64,000 bases of DNA from Candidatus Latescibacterota bacterium (GCA_965207885.1 OZ242311.1:1984001-2048000), one strand, 5' to 3'. Counted from the first letter of the stretch, positions 21,073-31,548 are shown. Notes: generated by a model from the sequence alone, not told the origin. Program-made: numbers and translations.

Positions 21073-24000
21073 ATGAGTTTTGGCACCCTTTATATCGTTC
21101 AGGGTATTTTATTTTTTTTAGCCTGTGTTGTGACGGCACACGCACAGGTTCCCGTGCCGGAGAAGTTTACGTTGTTCGATGGGGAACGGGTGTTTCAATC
21201 GGATGGGAGCCGCGGGCCTTTTTCGATTTCCGACCGCGCCATTGAGGCGGCGAGTGAACGGGTTTGGGTGGATGGGGTGTTGCTCGTTCGGGATCGGGAT
21301 TATGTAGTGGATGCCGATCGCGCGTTGCTGACGCTTTTGCGGGATGTTGTGCGGGGTGTGGAGATTGTGGTGCGTTTTAGACAGCGTCCTCTGGTGACCG
21401 CGCCTGTGGTTCAGCGTCGCCAGTTTCAACCGGGGAAAGGTAGTGGGGATCAACCGATTGTGCGCGTGTTTTCTCCTCCTGTTGTGCGAGATAGGGATGA
21501 GGAGCAGAAGTTGACGATTGGTGGTCATAAGAGTATTTCTGTGACCGCGGGATCTCAACACGCGGTTCATCAAGCTTTGCAGTTGCGTATTTCGGGCGAG
21601 GTTGCCGAGGGGGTCAATTTATTGACCGTGCTGTCCGATCGCAATTTGCCAATAGGCGAGCAGGGGGGATCAAAGCGGTTGCAGGAATTGGATCGCGTGT
21701 TTTTTCAGGTTGACGCCGATCAGGTATCGGCTACGCTCGGCGATCTCGATGTGGCGTTTGACGGGACTGTGTTTGGGCGCTATCGGAGGCAGTTGCAGGG
21801 CGCGCGCGTGTTGGCCCATCGGGAGAAGGGGCAGGTTGCGGTTTTTGGGGCGGTGTCGCGGGGGCGTTGGGAAACGCGACGGCTGGTGACGGTTGAGGGG
21901 TTTCAGGGACCTTATTCTTTGTCGGGTGGCGGGTTGAGAGGACAAATTGTGCCGGAGTCTGAGCGCGTGTATCTCAATGGGCGATTGCTCACCCGCGGGG
22001 ATGGGGCAGATTATACGATTGATTACGAGCGCGGGCATGTGGCGTTTATGCCTGAGATACCAATTGGGGTGGAGAGCCGCGTTACAGTGGAGTATCAGGT
22101 GATTGATGCCGGTATGAGAAGCCGGCTGATGGGTATGGAGTCCCGCGTGTCGCTCGGTGAAGGGATGTCTGTGGGGACAACGCTGATTCGAGAGTCTGAT
22201 CGTTCTGCATTGTCGCCTGGTCCTACTGCGGTGCAGCGGCAGTTGGGAGTGGTGTACGCGACGTACACGCCGTGGTCAAATGCGCGTATTTCTGGAGAGG
22301 TCGCCCTGAGTGATCGGGATTTGGGAAGTGGGCGCGGGGTTCGCATGGATGGTGCGTGGACAGGGCGAAATTTTGAAGTCACAGGGCGGTTTCGCCAGGT
22401 TGGGGCCGATTTTGAAGCATTTGAGCGATTGGACAGAGGGCGGGCGGCTGGACGATGGGGTTGGCAAGCCGATACTGCGCGAACTGCCCAACGCGAGGGC
22501 GAGATGGCTGTGCGTTGGGATTTGGGCAAGGCGCTTTCTGTTACCGGGGAATACGGACAGCATGTGGGTGTTTTGCGAACGGATCGGAAGAGTGTGGGGA
22601 TCCGTTCACCCGTGGGGATGTACCGCTATGAGTCGCTCGGGCGCAATAGCGGTGGGATGCGCCGGCATGAGGGGCAGGTTGAAGTGTCGATGGGGGAGGT
22701 TGTGCCGGGGTTCCGTTTTTCGCTGGAAAATGGGGTGGGCGATGGGGTGGGTAGCAGTTCGCTTTTTTATGCGGCGCGTCCGCGCGTTTTGCCCCAGGGC
22801 ATTGACAAACAGGAGTTGGTGTGGCACCTGGGCATTGGCGAAGGGCGGAATTGGTCGTGGATGTCAGAGTTGAAATACCGGAAGTTCAGGCAGCGAGAAA
22901 CGGTGTGGCAGGATAGTTTGCGCGGGTGGTTGCATACCCACAGGGCACAGGTGACAAATTGGAGGGGCTGGATTTTTTCGGGTTCTTATACGCACGGGGA
23001 AATTCAGATCGGGCGCGAACGTCGGCAGACGACGACGCATCTGGGGCGCGTGCGGTTGGGGCATAGTCGTCCCGGCGCGTCACATCAGATAACGTATCGC
23101 GTTTCGAGTACGCGGGTCAGTCAGCCCATTTTTGTCGAGGTGGCGTCCGGGCTGGGAGAATATATTTGGGAGGATGCCAATGGCGATGGTTTGCGCGATG
23201 TGGAAGAGTTTGTGCCCGATATCGATGGCGATTATGTGCGGGTTTATGATTACGGGCAGTTTGCTCCGGCTCGCGATGGCGCGCTGGGCATGCGCGTGGA
23301 GATTGATTTTCGGCGTTTGATTGGAGATGCGCACATTTTGTCCGCTGTTGCGCTGGATGCATCGCTGCGTACAGAGCGGCAGATTGCGATCGGGACAAGG
23401 CACGCGGCTCCCTGGGATTTGTTTGGTTTTGATGCGGGTGCTGGGATTTTGGGCGCTCGGAGAGACGGATTGGTGCGTCTTTATTTGTTTCGGTATCACA
23501 GACGGGGATCGCTGCGTTTGACTGCGCGCGTGCGCGATCAGGTCAATCGGGCGTTTTACGGAGGTGCTGCCGAATCTTTTGTGCAGGGTGGTGCGTTGGG
23601 AAAATTGAGGCCTGTCGATCGCCTTGAACTGGAGACGGAATTTGATTTGGAGCACAGAGCGCGCGAGGGTGCCGGTGCTTTTGCCTATCGCATTGATGGT
23701 GCGAGTAGTGCGTTGCGCTGTGCGTTCAGGTCTGCGCATAAATGGTATTTGCGTCTGGGCGTTTTGGGTGGGCGAGATTGGGAGCGCATCCGGGTGTTGC
23801 GCGCGTGGCATATCGGCGTTCAGCCAGAGGTGATTTACGCTTTGCCCGGTCGTGGGCGATTGCGCGGGCGGTTGGATTGGACGCGGGTTTGGGCGACGGA
23901 TACAGTGCCCTTATTTTTGGGGTTGGCAAGGGGTAATCGCCAGGGACAGAACTGGGCGTGGCGGTTGGGGATGGATTACCGTTTTGGCAAATATGTATCG

Positions 24001-24084
24001 GCGCGGGTGATGTACGATGGTCGCGTAAGACCTGCTCGTCAGACGATACATCTCGGGCGCGTGGAGATGCGGGCGGTATTTTAA
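21073..24084 (+). CDS. Large secreted/outer-membrane beta-barrel protein of unknown function
   Basis: Signal peptide, two DYx(V/I)D modules, amphipathic beta-strands, DANGDG Ca-loop, C-terminal Phe. Confidence 0.6.
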   Translation: MSFGTLYIVQGILFFLACVVTAHAQVPVPEKFTLFDGERVFQSDGSRGPFSISDRAIEAASERVWVDGVLLVRDRDYVVDADRALLTLLRDVVRGVEIVVRFRQRPLVTAPVVQRRQFQPGKGSGDQPIVRVFSPPVVRDRDEEQKLTIGGHKSISVTAGSQHAVHQALQLRISGEVAEGVNLLTVLSDRNLPIGEQGGSKRLQELDRVFFQVDADQVSATLGDLDVAFDGTVFGRYRRQLQGARVLAHREKGQVAVFGAVSRGRWETRRLVTVEGFQGPYSLSGGGLRGQIVPESERVYLNGRLLTRGDGADYTIDYERGHVAFMPEIPIGVESRVTVEYQVIDAGMRSRLMGMESRVSLGEGMSVGTTLIRESDRSALSPGPTAVQRQLGVVYATYTPWSNARISGEVALSDRDLGSGRGVRMDGAWTGRNFEVTGRFRQVGADFEAFERLDRGRAAGRWGWQADTARTAQREGEMAVRWDLGKALSVTGEYGQHVGVLRTDRKSVGIRSPVGMYRYESLGRNSGGMRRHEGQVEVSMGEVVPGFRFSLENGVGDGVGSSSLFYAARPRVLPQGIDKQELVWHLGIGEGRNWSWMSELKYRKFRQRETVWQDSLRGWLHTHRAQVTNWRGWIFSGSYTHGEIQIGRERRQTTTHLGRVRLGHSRPGASHQITYRVSSTRVSQPIFVEVASGLGEYIWEDANGDGLRDVEEFVPDIDGDYVRVYDYGQFAPARDGALGMRVEIDFRRLIGDAHILSAVALDASLRTERQIAIGTRHAAPWDLFGFDAGAGILGARRDGLVRLYLFRYHRRGSLRLTARVRDQVNRAFYGGAAESFVQGGALGKLRPVDRLELETEFDLEHRAREGAGAFAYRIDGASSALRCAFRSAHKWYLRLGVLGGRDWERIRVLRAWHIGVQPEVIYALPGRGRLRGRLDWTRVWATDTVPLFLGLARGNRQGQNWAWRLGMDYRFGKYVSARVMYDGRVRPARQTIHLGRVEMRAVF

Positions 24085-24094
24085 TAAGTGTGAA

Positions 24095-25777
24095 GTGAGA
24101 AGACAAATGTGTGCGGATAAATACATAAGAGTGTGGCGGTATTTGCTTTTTGCGATTTGGATGGTCTGTGTCGCGTCCAGCGCGGGGGGAGGGGTGCGTG
24201 CGATTGTGAAGCGCGTGCAGGTTGAAGGTGCGCGGTCTGTAAGTGCGCGCGATGTGCGGGGTTGGCTGGTTACGCGGGAGGGTGTTGTGGTGGATTCGAC
24301 GTTGTTGCGAAAGGATGTTTCCCGCATTTTGAAGGGGTATCAGGCGCGTGGATTCTGGCATGTGGCGGTGGCCTTTCCCAGGGTTGCTATGCGCGGGGGC
24401 GACGCGGCGGTGGCTTTTGCGATTGTCGAAGGGGTGCGAACGCGGGTTGCGTCTGTGGATGTGCGCGGTGATTTGATCTTTGATCATTCAGATGTGCATT
24501 TGGCTTTTGGTCTGGCGCAGGGTATGGTGTTGCTTGAGAGCGATTTGAACCAGCGGTTGGATCATTTGTTGCGTTTTTATGAAGACCGGGGCTATCCGTT
24601 TTGCGCGTTGCGTCCAGATGTGCGATTTGACGACGATGGGGCGTGGGTGCAGGTGGTGGTGTCGCCCGGTCCTCTGGTGCATGTCGATACGGTGCGCTTT
24701 GAGGGCAATGAAACGACGCGGGAAGATGTTTTGTTGCGTCATATTTCGTTTGTTGCGGGCGAGGTCTATAACCAGCGTCGCGTGGATGCTTTTGTGAGGC
24801 AGTTGCAGAATTTGCCGTTTATTGACCGGGTTTATGCGCCCGAACTCGTATCTACCGGCGACGAGATGGCGCTTGTGATCGATTTGGAGGAGTCGCGCCA
24901 CACGCGCGTTGAAGGGGTGCTCGGTGTGGGGTCTGGACAGGGTTTGACCGGGGAGATTGCGATCGATGTTCTGAATTTTTCCGGTGGGGGACGAGAGGGG
25001 TACGCGCTGTGGTCGCGGCAGGGGGTGGGTTTGTCGAATTTGCGCGTGTCGTATCGCGAACCCTATGTTTTAAATAGTCCGCTTTCCGGTTGGGGTGCTG
25101 TGGAGATGGTTGCGCGTACGGGGTATGTGACGCATAAGTTTGGGGGAGGCGCTGATATTTCTGTGGGTGAGGGTGCGCGATTTTTCGGCGGGGTTGCACA
25201 CAGGCGCGTTTTGCCCGATTCCTCGGGGTTGGGATTCTTCGAGGCTGAGAGGATGTGGTCTATCGAGTCAGGTGTTCGATTTGATCGGCGAGGGCATGCT
25301 ATGGGCGGTTGGAAAGCGGAGTTCAGGGGAGAGGTCGGCGAGGTTTCTGATGGGATCAGGCGGGTGCAGTGGGGTGTTGATGGACAGGTGTTTTTGCCTG
25401 TGGGTCGGCAGTCTGTTGTTGCGGGTCGAGCGCGCGCTTTTTGGGTGGGACAAAAGGGGGATGTGCCGCAGGCTGCCGGCATCTGGCTGGGGGGCACACA
25501 ATCGCTGCGGGGGTACCGGGAAGAGATGTTCTGGGGAACGAATGCGGGGTGGGTTAATGTGGAATGGCGGTGGTTGCTGGGACCGAAAGCGCGGCTTTTT
25601 GCTTTTGTCGATGTGGGAAGGATCGCGGGGGCAGGAACGCGTTCATGGCCCGTGTCCTATGGCGTGGGTCTTTTGGCAAATGGACGTATGGGCGCAGTTG
25701 GGATAGATTATGGATTGCCTCGGGGCGAGAGTTTGGGACAGGGTATGGTGCATGTGCGGATGGTTAGTGCTTTTTAA
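24095..25777 (+). CDS. BamA/TamA (Omp85) family protein with POTRA domains
   Basis: FYEDRGY, FEGNETTREDVLLR POTRA motifs; LGGTQSLRGY; C-terminal F. Confidence 0.85.
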   Translation: MRRQMCADKYIRVWRYLLFAIWMVCVASSAGGGVRAIVKRVQVEGARSVSARDVRGWLVTREGVVVDSTLLRKDVSRILKGYQARGFWHVAVAFPRVAMRGGDAAVAFAIVEGVRTRVASVDVRGDLIFDHSDVHLAFGLAQGMVLLESDLNQRLDHLLRFYEDRGYPFCALRPDVRFDDDGAWVQVVVSPGPLVHVDTVRFEGNETTREDVLLRHISFVAGEVYNQRRVDAFVRQLQNLPFIDRVYAPELVSTGDEMALVIDLEESRHTRVEGVLGVGSGQGLTGEIAIDVLNFSGGGREGYALWSRQGVGLSNLRVSYREPYVLNSPLSGWGAVEMVARTGYVTHKFGGGADISVGEGARFFGGVAHRRVLPDSSGLGFFEAERMWSIESGVRFDRRGHAMGGWKAEFRGEVGEVSDGIRRVQWGVDGQVFLPVGRQSVVAGRARAFWVGQKGDVPQAAGIWLGGTQSLRGYREEMFWGTNAGWVNVEWRWLLGPKARLFAFVDVGRIAGAGTRSWPVSYGVGLLANGRMGAVGIDYGLPRGESLGQGMVHVRMVSAF

Positions 25778-25853
25778 TTTGTGTGACATTTGCGCGTAGA
25801 GTATATTCTGAGGCGCACGAAATTCGTATGCAATTATTCACAGGGAGGACCTT

Positions 25854-27785
25854 ATGTTGAACAGGATTCGCAGTATCATGCTGGTAACACTTGCCGTGGG
25901 TCTCATGTGGGGCTGTGGCGGTGAGCGCGGGATGGAGTCTTCCGGGGTAGATGAGCAGATTGGACATCCGCTGAGTAAAATGGCTGTAGCGGGTGGTGGT
26001 ATGTCTCAAGCGACGGTGGTGGCGACTGTGTCGCAAGATGATGCGCCTGTGGCAGGTGTGATGGTCGAGTTTGCGCGTTCTGTTGCCGGGCAGGTGCCCG
26101 ATTATCAGTGGTCGGGTATGACCGATGATATGGGGCGCGTTACGGTGGAGATATCCGGTCTGGCGACGGGATATTATCAGGCGCGTGCGTCTCAGGATGG
26201 CTCTGTGATAGGGAGCTGGTCGAGTATTCCGATCAATGGGGGCTATACGTCAACAGTTGCGTTGCCCATTGGTGGGATGGCACAGGTGACGGGTACGTCT
26301 AAACTCATATCAGTTGGCCTGGTCGTGTCCAAAACAGGGCGATTATCCGAGACTGGGCAGGGGTTTATCAATGGCTTTGAAATGGCGCTCGAAGAGGTGA
26401 ACTCACAATTGAGTGATGTGAGTTTGAGGTTTATTGTCGAGGATGATCAGAGTACTATAGAAGGCGCTACTGCGGCGTATAATAAACTTATTCATGAAGA
26501 TGGCGTGCCAGTTATTCTCGGTGTTTATACTTCTACCATGGTGCGTGCGGTTTTTCCCATTGCACAGGAAAATGAAGTCGTGGCGATTAGTCCCACTTCG
26601 GCTGCACGCGGTCTCAGCGCGATTGGCGATTTTGTTTTTCGCGTCGCCCTTACTGTTGATGCGCTGATTCCGTGGAGTGTAAAACTAACTCGGGAAAAAC
26701 TGGGCTATGAGCGCGTGGTTACGATGTATCAAAGCATGGATGTTTTTTCGCAGAGTAGCGATGAGGTGTTGAAAAGTGCCTTTAGTGAGAACGGGGTCGA
26801 GGTTCTGACTACTGAGACTTTTGAAACCGGCGCTATGGATCTTTCCGAGCAATTTTCCAGGATTGTGGCACTGAATCCAGATGCGATTTTTGTTTCGGCT
26901 ATATCAGCAGGGCGGACACAGGCTCTGATTGATGGGGGACAACACGGTATTCCTATCCTGATGCCCCTGCTCACTATGGATGAGGTAGAACGCGCCGGGG
27001 AGGCAGCTGAGGGGGCAATTAGTTTTACGTATTGGAGCAGTACGGGCAATGTGCCGGCCAATCGCGCCTTTGTTGAGAATTATATGACGAAATACGGTGC
27101 CGCGCCGGGCCGATTCGCCGCCGTGTCCTACGCGACGGTTCACATTTTGGCAAAGGCGATTGCAGATGCCCCGTCCTCCGATTCGCGCGCGATTCGGGAC
27201 GCATTGGCTCAAATCGAGAATTTGGATACGATTTTGGGTTCGTTCTCATTTGACGCCAATGGAGATGCGATTTACGATCCGGCTGTTCTGATTGTCAAGG
27301 ATGGGAAATTTGAGGTTTTTGATACAAAAACTGCCATGATTGCGACTGCGACAATCGGCGAGACGAACGAAAGCGGTGTGGCTGGAAAAGCGGTTTTCAC
27401 ACAAACCGGCGATAATATCAAGCTAGTCGTTTCGCTCGCTAATGCGTCCGCAGGCGAACACGCTGTCCATATCCACACAACTGGCGATTGCAGTGCCCCA
27501 GACGGGAAATCGGCTGGCGGGCACTGGAATCCCACTGGCGTTGCACACGGAAAATGGGGAGAAGGTGAATTTCACCTCGGCGACATTGGCAATATGACTG
27601 TCGATGATCAAGGCATGGGGAAGATTGAATTGACGACAAATCTTTGGGAGATGAACACTGGCTCAGACATAGATATTGTTGGAAAAGCGATCATCGTCCA
27701 TGCGGGTGCTGATGATTTTGTCTCACAACCTTCGGGCAATGCTGGCGCACGCATCGGTTGCGGTGTGATTGAGTTAGGACAGTAA
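25854..27785 (+). CDS. Lipoprotein fusion: N-terminal beta-sandwich + LivJ-type ABC substrate-binding domain + Cu/Zn superoxide dismutase
   Basis: Lipobox LMWGC; IVEDDQST..FVFRVAL..FDANGD (Peripla_BP_6); HAVHIH..SAGGHWNP..HLGDIGN..IIVH..GNAGARIGCGVI. Confidence 0.85.
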   Translation: MLNRIRSIMLVTLAVGLMWGCGGERGMESSGVDEQIGHPLSKMAVAGGGMSQATVVATVSQDDAPVAGVMVEFARSVAGQVPDYQWSGMTDDMGRVTVEISGLATGYYQARASQDGSVIGSWSSIPINGGYTSTVALPIGGMAQVTGTSKLISVGLVVSKTGRLSETGQGFINGFEMALEEVNSQLSDVSLRFIVEDDQSTIEGATAAYNKLIHEDGVPVILGVYTSTMVRAVFPIAQENEVVAISPTSAARGLSAIGDFVFRVALTVDALIPWSVKLTREKLGYERVVTMYQSMDVFSQSSDEVLKSAFSENGVEVLTTETFETGAMDLSEQFSRIVALNPDAIFVSAISAGRTQALIDGGQHGIPILMPLLTMDEVERAGEAAEGAISFTYWSSTGNVPANRAFVENYMTKYGAAPGRFAAVSYATVHILAKAIADAPSSDSRAIRDALAQIENLDTILGSFSFDANGDAIYDPAVLIVKDGKFEVFDTKTAMIATATIGETNESGVAGKAVFTQTGDNIKLVVSLANASAGEHAVHIHTTGDCSAPDGKSAGGHWNPTGVAHGKWGEGEFHLGDIGNMTVDDQGMGKIELTTNLWEMNTGSDIDIVGKAIIVHAGADDFVSQPSGNAGARIGCGVIELGQ

Positions 27786-27807
27786 TAGGAGACAGAAAGT
27801 TTTGTTA

Positions 27808-27838
27808 AGCCGTCACATTGTGTGGCGGCTTTTTTATT
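27808..27838 (+). terminator. Intrinsic terminator
   Basis: aagccgtcaca-ttg-tgtggcggctt followed by ttttatt. Confidence 0.7.
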
Positions 27839-30800
27839 AAAGCAGCAAACTGTCACGACCCCAATCTTTCGCCCCATTTCTAAGAGCCACAGGTTTTCCA
27901 CCCACCGGTTTGCCAAATCCCTGTGCAAAAATCAGAAAATCGCTGAATCCCACCATCCCATTGCCATCCATATCGTATTTTGCGTCAAAACCCGCATCAC
28001 CCTCCGACAGACCAAATTTGCTGGTAAAAAGCAAAAAATCCGTGAACCCGATTATACCGTCCCCATCAAAATCCAGATTTACATCACCAATACCTGTTCC
28101 CGATACCAGTTTCACCTCTACGCTCTTGCCATCCTGACAAATAAAAGCCACAACCGTCTGATCCTCGTTCTCCTCTACAATCTCTACCAGATCATAGGAC
28201 TGATCCAAACGCCATTTTCCGCGCACTGTCACCTCTACCTTCCGCGGCTCACTCGGCTGATTGACAATCAACGAGCCGTATTGGTGTGGGTCTTGAATGG
28301 TCCAACTCCACCCAAAATCCGGGTCAGCCACCGAAAGCAATAACCCATCACCTATCTCGCGGGTCATCACCAAACTCGGCAAAGACACAGACACAATAGC
28401 TCCATCCTTCGGCCTCGCATCCGTATCGAACAGCGCATAACCCGTAGCCTTCATCCCGCGATGATACACAATATGTGCCTTGTGGTCTCTCTGCCACACA
28501 TCGTATTCCGGCGCACTCGCAAACGCACGCACTTGACCAGGCGACCTCTGCACCAGCACGGCATAGTGATATGACGCACCTTGAGGCATAGGACCGTGAT
28601 CCAGATACGCCAATTCAAAAGTTCCTGTACCACCCTCTCTGCCAAAATCTCCAGAAGTTTGTACCTGACGCTGCACCCGCAAGTCGCCCCCATCTGGAAC
28701 CACATAGCCATTACCCCGTGAATCCATAAGCCACGCAGTCTGTCCCGTTGCTCCCGAAAATGTATAGGGAATCCCCCGCACACTTTCCCCATTCACCCCC
28801 GTAGGACGATCCTCAGAAATAGCCGCCTGAAACAGAGGCGTCACAGTCGCATGCCCGCCATCATCATTCTCAATACCAGAACCCAGACAAACCAGCACAT
28901 CGTCAAAACAGAACACCGTCTTAACCGCCCGAAAACTCGTATTGAACCTCGTATCGTGCAACTTCAGCGCGAACACGCCATCTTGCCCTTTCAGATTCAC
29001 CCCACCCACAAAAGTCTCATCCGAAAAATTGCGATCGCGTCCCTCGTGTTTGAGCTGCTCATGACTCAAGCGAATCACCGTCGTACCCGGCCACATGCTC
29101 CAATCCCATCCCTCCCGCACAATCCCGCTCGCCTCGCGACCAACCGGATCGCCACTGCCGTAAATCAGCATCGAACCATAGCTCAAATAACGACCGAGTT
29201 GATTTTCACCACCGGCTGACGACTCATAATCCCACACATATTTACTCCACCCCTTCATACTCACCATCCAGTCCCCACGCCTATGGATGGACAACGCACC
29301 ATAAGGCAATGTCCAGTGCCCAGACGGCGGAGCGGCAGGTGCGTGCCCTGCCGCTGCAAAATCCGTCATCATCTGCATCGCACCCGGCGTGTGCAAATAC
29401 ATGATTCGAGCAGCTACCTGTTCAAACAAACGTTCTATCACTAACTGCGATTGAGGTCTCCAAAGCTGCATGAACGCGCCAGACAATTCTGCATCCACCG
29501 AAGGATAGCTCAAAGCCATATACATATACGCTGGCAAAAGACCACCGGTTATCGTTACCGTTGTACTGAGCGGGAAGCGACCATTAATAGCTGTTGAAAT
29601 ATCATACGTATTCGCCATAATCCTGGACGTCAACAGCGCCTGCTTCAAATTATCGCGCTTATCATCCGCAACTGCAAAAGGCGTATCGTGCAACAAATAC
29701 ACCAGCACAGAAGCCACATGAAAAGCCTTCGGCGCATACGCATTGGCATAGATACCCCGATGGTGAAAACCCACAAAATCCGGCTTAATCGTATCCAACC
29801 ACCCAGGTGCAATAGATAGTGCATTATTCAACCATGCAATATAGCGGCGCATATTCGCCACCTTCTCGGGCGAATCGTCCATCATCAAAATGCACAACAA
29901 CCGATACAGCGCTACCGTACGCAAAAAATCTGCATTTGTGCCCGGATCCCAGGTCTGTTCATACAACTCGCCAAACATGCTATACCATTTCAAACTCGCC
30001 AATTCTCGTTCCAACCGATCTGTATCCTCCAGAATATCCCGCATCAAATACACCGCATGGGCATAGCTTGCAATCCGCAAAAACTCGTGATGCAACGCGC
30101 CAACACCACTGCCATCTGCCCATCCCTGATCGTGCAGATAATCGAAAACATCTATCACCCGGTCTCTCGCCTCCTCATTGCCATTCAACCGATAATCCAG
30201 CACCAGACGCAACAAAACACCCTGAAAAACACTCTGAAAAAGAGGCTTATAGGGTGACCGCTCAGCAAAGAGTGGGGTTCCCAAAATGCGGTCGCCCTCG
30301 CGTCGAATCTCGTAATCTGTTAGATTGCTATGCCCTCGCCTTATATAGGCTGTAAGCTCATTAAGCCGAATCCGCACAGGCTCCCGCTGGTCATCCTTCA
30401 CCCTGTTACCGAACACCCAGCTCTCATATCGTGCGGCAATCGTCTCAAAAGCCTGCCTCTCATCATCGGTGATCTGCGAAGGAAGCGGACCCGGCAATGT
30501 GTTCAAACTCCACCGATATTCGCGGCTCCTACCTGCACTATTCGCATTGACAAAGGGAACCTGTGCATCTGGAGATCGTCTGGGGTGAATCCTCTCCACC
30601 AACTCCATCAAATCCAGATAAACAGCTCCGCTATTCGGTGCCCTAATTTCAAATGCAGTCACACGTCCATTTCTCGGACCCGTATAAGAATTATTCCGCG
30701 CATCATCCCGCAAATGGATCCACATCGCCCGCCAGCCCGTAAAATTCAAGCCAAACTGAAATTGGTAACGCGGATTATTTGCCGACAACTCAGACTCTGT

Positions 30801-31127
30801 TCCAAACCCAAACGTCAGCACCTCATCGAGAGCCTCCTCGTTATACACCCACGCCCGAAAACCGTTCAGCGTCCGATTGCGTTGTGTTGCCGGATCCGTG
30901 AACACAAGCCGCCCATTATTCTGCCATGCCCACTTCAGAGATTGTGCTCCTCCCTTGTAACGCCTCGTCGAAAGCGAAACCTGACTGCCTGAATCTGCCC
31001 GATAGGCCGCCGACAGCGTCGTCCCCTCAAAACTGTAGTGCCACGGTGTATTCTGTGCCATCGCAACGTTAACCATCCCAATTACAACGTTTATAAAAAT
31101 AATTATCCATCTCTGCAAGTCCATCAC
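27837..31127 (-). CDS. Chondroitinase ABC-like polysaccharide lyase (PL8) with C-terminal EF-hand/dockerin-like repeat
   Basis: Signal peptide; SLKWAW, LNFTGWRA, DQGWADGS, GFHHRGIYANAYA (His/Tyr catalytic region), GWDWSMWPGTT; two DxDGxGxxGFxDFLxF repeats. Confidence 0.85.
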   Translation of the reverse strand: MMDLQRWIIIFINVVIGMVNVAMAQNTPWHYSFEGTTLSAAYRADSGSQVSLSTRRYKGGAQSLKWAWQNNGRLVFTDPATQRNRTLNGFRAWVYNEEALDEVLTFGFGTESELSANNPRYQFQFGLNFTGWRAMWIHLRDDARNNSYTGPRNGRVTAFEIRAPNSGAVYLDLMELVERIHPRRSPDAQVPFVNANSAGRSREYRWSLNTLPGPLPSQITDDERQAFETIAARYESWVFGNRVKDDQREPVRIRLNELTAYIRRGHSNLTDYEIRREGDRILGTPLFAERSPYKPLFQSVFQGVLLRLVLDYRLNGNEEARDRVIDVFDYLHDQGWADGSGVGALHHEFLRIASYAHAVYLMRDILEDTDRLERELASLKWYSMFGELYEQTWDPGTNADFLRTVALYRLLCILMMDDSPEKVANMRRYIAWLNNALSIAPGWLDTIKPDFVGFHHRGIYANAYAPKAFHVASVLVYLLHDTPFAVADDKRDNLKQALLTSRIMANTYDISTAINGRFPLSTTVTITGGLLPAYMYMALSYPSVDAELSGAFMQLWRPQSQLVIERLFEQVAARIMYLHTPGAMQMMTDFAAAGHAPAAPPSGHWTLPYGALSIHRRGDWMVSMKGWSKYVWDYESSAGGENQLGRYLSYGSMLIYGSGDPVGREASGIVREGWDWSMWPGTTVIRLSHEQLKHEGRDRNFSDETFVGGVNLKGQDGVFALKLHDTRFNTSFRAVKTVFCFDDVLVCLGSGIENDDGGHATVTPLFQAAISEDRPTGVNGESVRGIPYTFSGATGQTAWLMDSRGNGYVVPDGGDLRVQRQVQTSGDFGREGGTGTFELAYLDHGPMPQGASYHYAVLVQRSPGQVRAFASAPEYDVWQRDHKAHIVYHRGMKATGYALFDTDARPKDGAIVSVSLPSLVMTREIGDGLLLSVADPDFGWSWTIQDPHQYGSLIVNQPSEPRKVEVTVRGKWRLDQSYDLVEIVEENEDQTVVAFICQDGKSVEVKLVSGTGIGDVNLDFDGDGIIGFTDFLLFTSKFGLSEGDAGFDAKYDMDGNGMVGFSDFLIFAQGFGKPVGGKPVALRNGAKDWGRDSLLL

Positions 31128-31148
31128 AAGCCCCTTTGCATTTCATAA

Positions 31149-31319
31149 TCAGGCGCGGAACAACTCGCCCATGCGCCTGCCCAAAAATCGCCCGGCCAAA
31201 AACAAACTCACAATCAGCAACACCATACCAAAAACACCCATCGCACTGGCCAAATACGCGCCATCTGCAATGCACTCTATAAGCGCGTAAATCGCTTTTG
31301 TGATGGGATAGTACTCGCC
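31149..31319 (-). pseudogene. 3' remnant of an iron(III)-type ABC transporter permease, truncated at the island edge
   Basis: Frame absent from the ORF track: GEYYPITKAIYALIECIADGAYLASAMGVFGMVLLIVSLFLAGRFLGRRMGELFRA*; in-frame stop just upstream and no plausible start. Confidence 0.6.
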
Positions 31320-31345
31320 CTTGAGCGGTGTTTGTGACGAGTCAT

Positions 31346-31480
31346 CTCCTTAAACAGAGTAGGGTATGGTTTGTTGGACCATTCTCGCTCTGTATGTTGC
31401 GGCAGAAGACCACAGGCTGACTACCAATCCGACAGGGACCTTCTGCCGTTTTCGCTGAGAAATATCACGGCTGATCCTTA
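31346..31480. repeat. Structured leader element copy A
   Basis: ctccttaaacagagtagggtatggtttgttggaccattctcgctctgtatgttgcggcagaagaccacaggctgactaccaatccgacagggaccttctgccgttttcgctgagaaatatcacggctga. Confidence 0.9.
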
Positions 31481-31548
31481 AAATATTTGAGACGATCTAC
31501 CAGGCGGGGCTTTGTTTGGCTGTGTGATTTGGGGGTATGCCATCGCGA

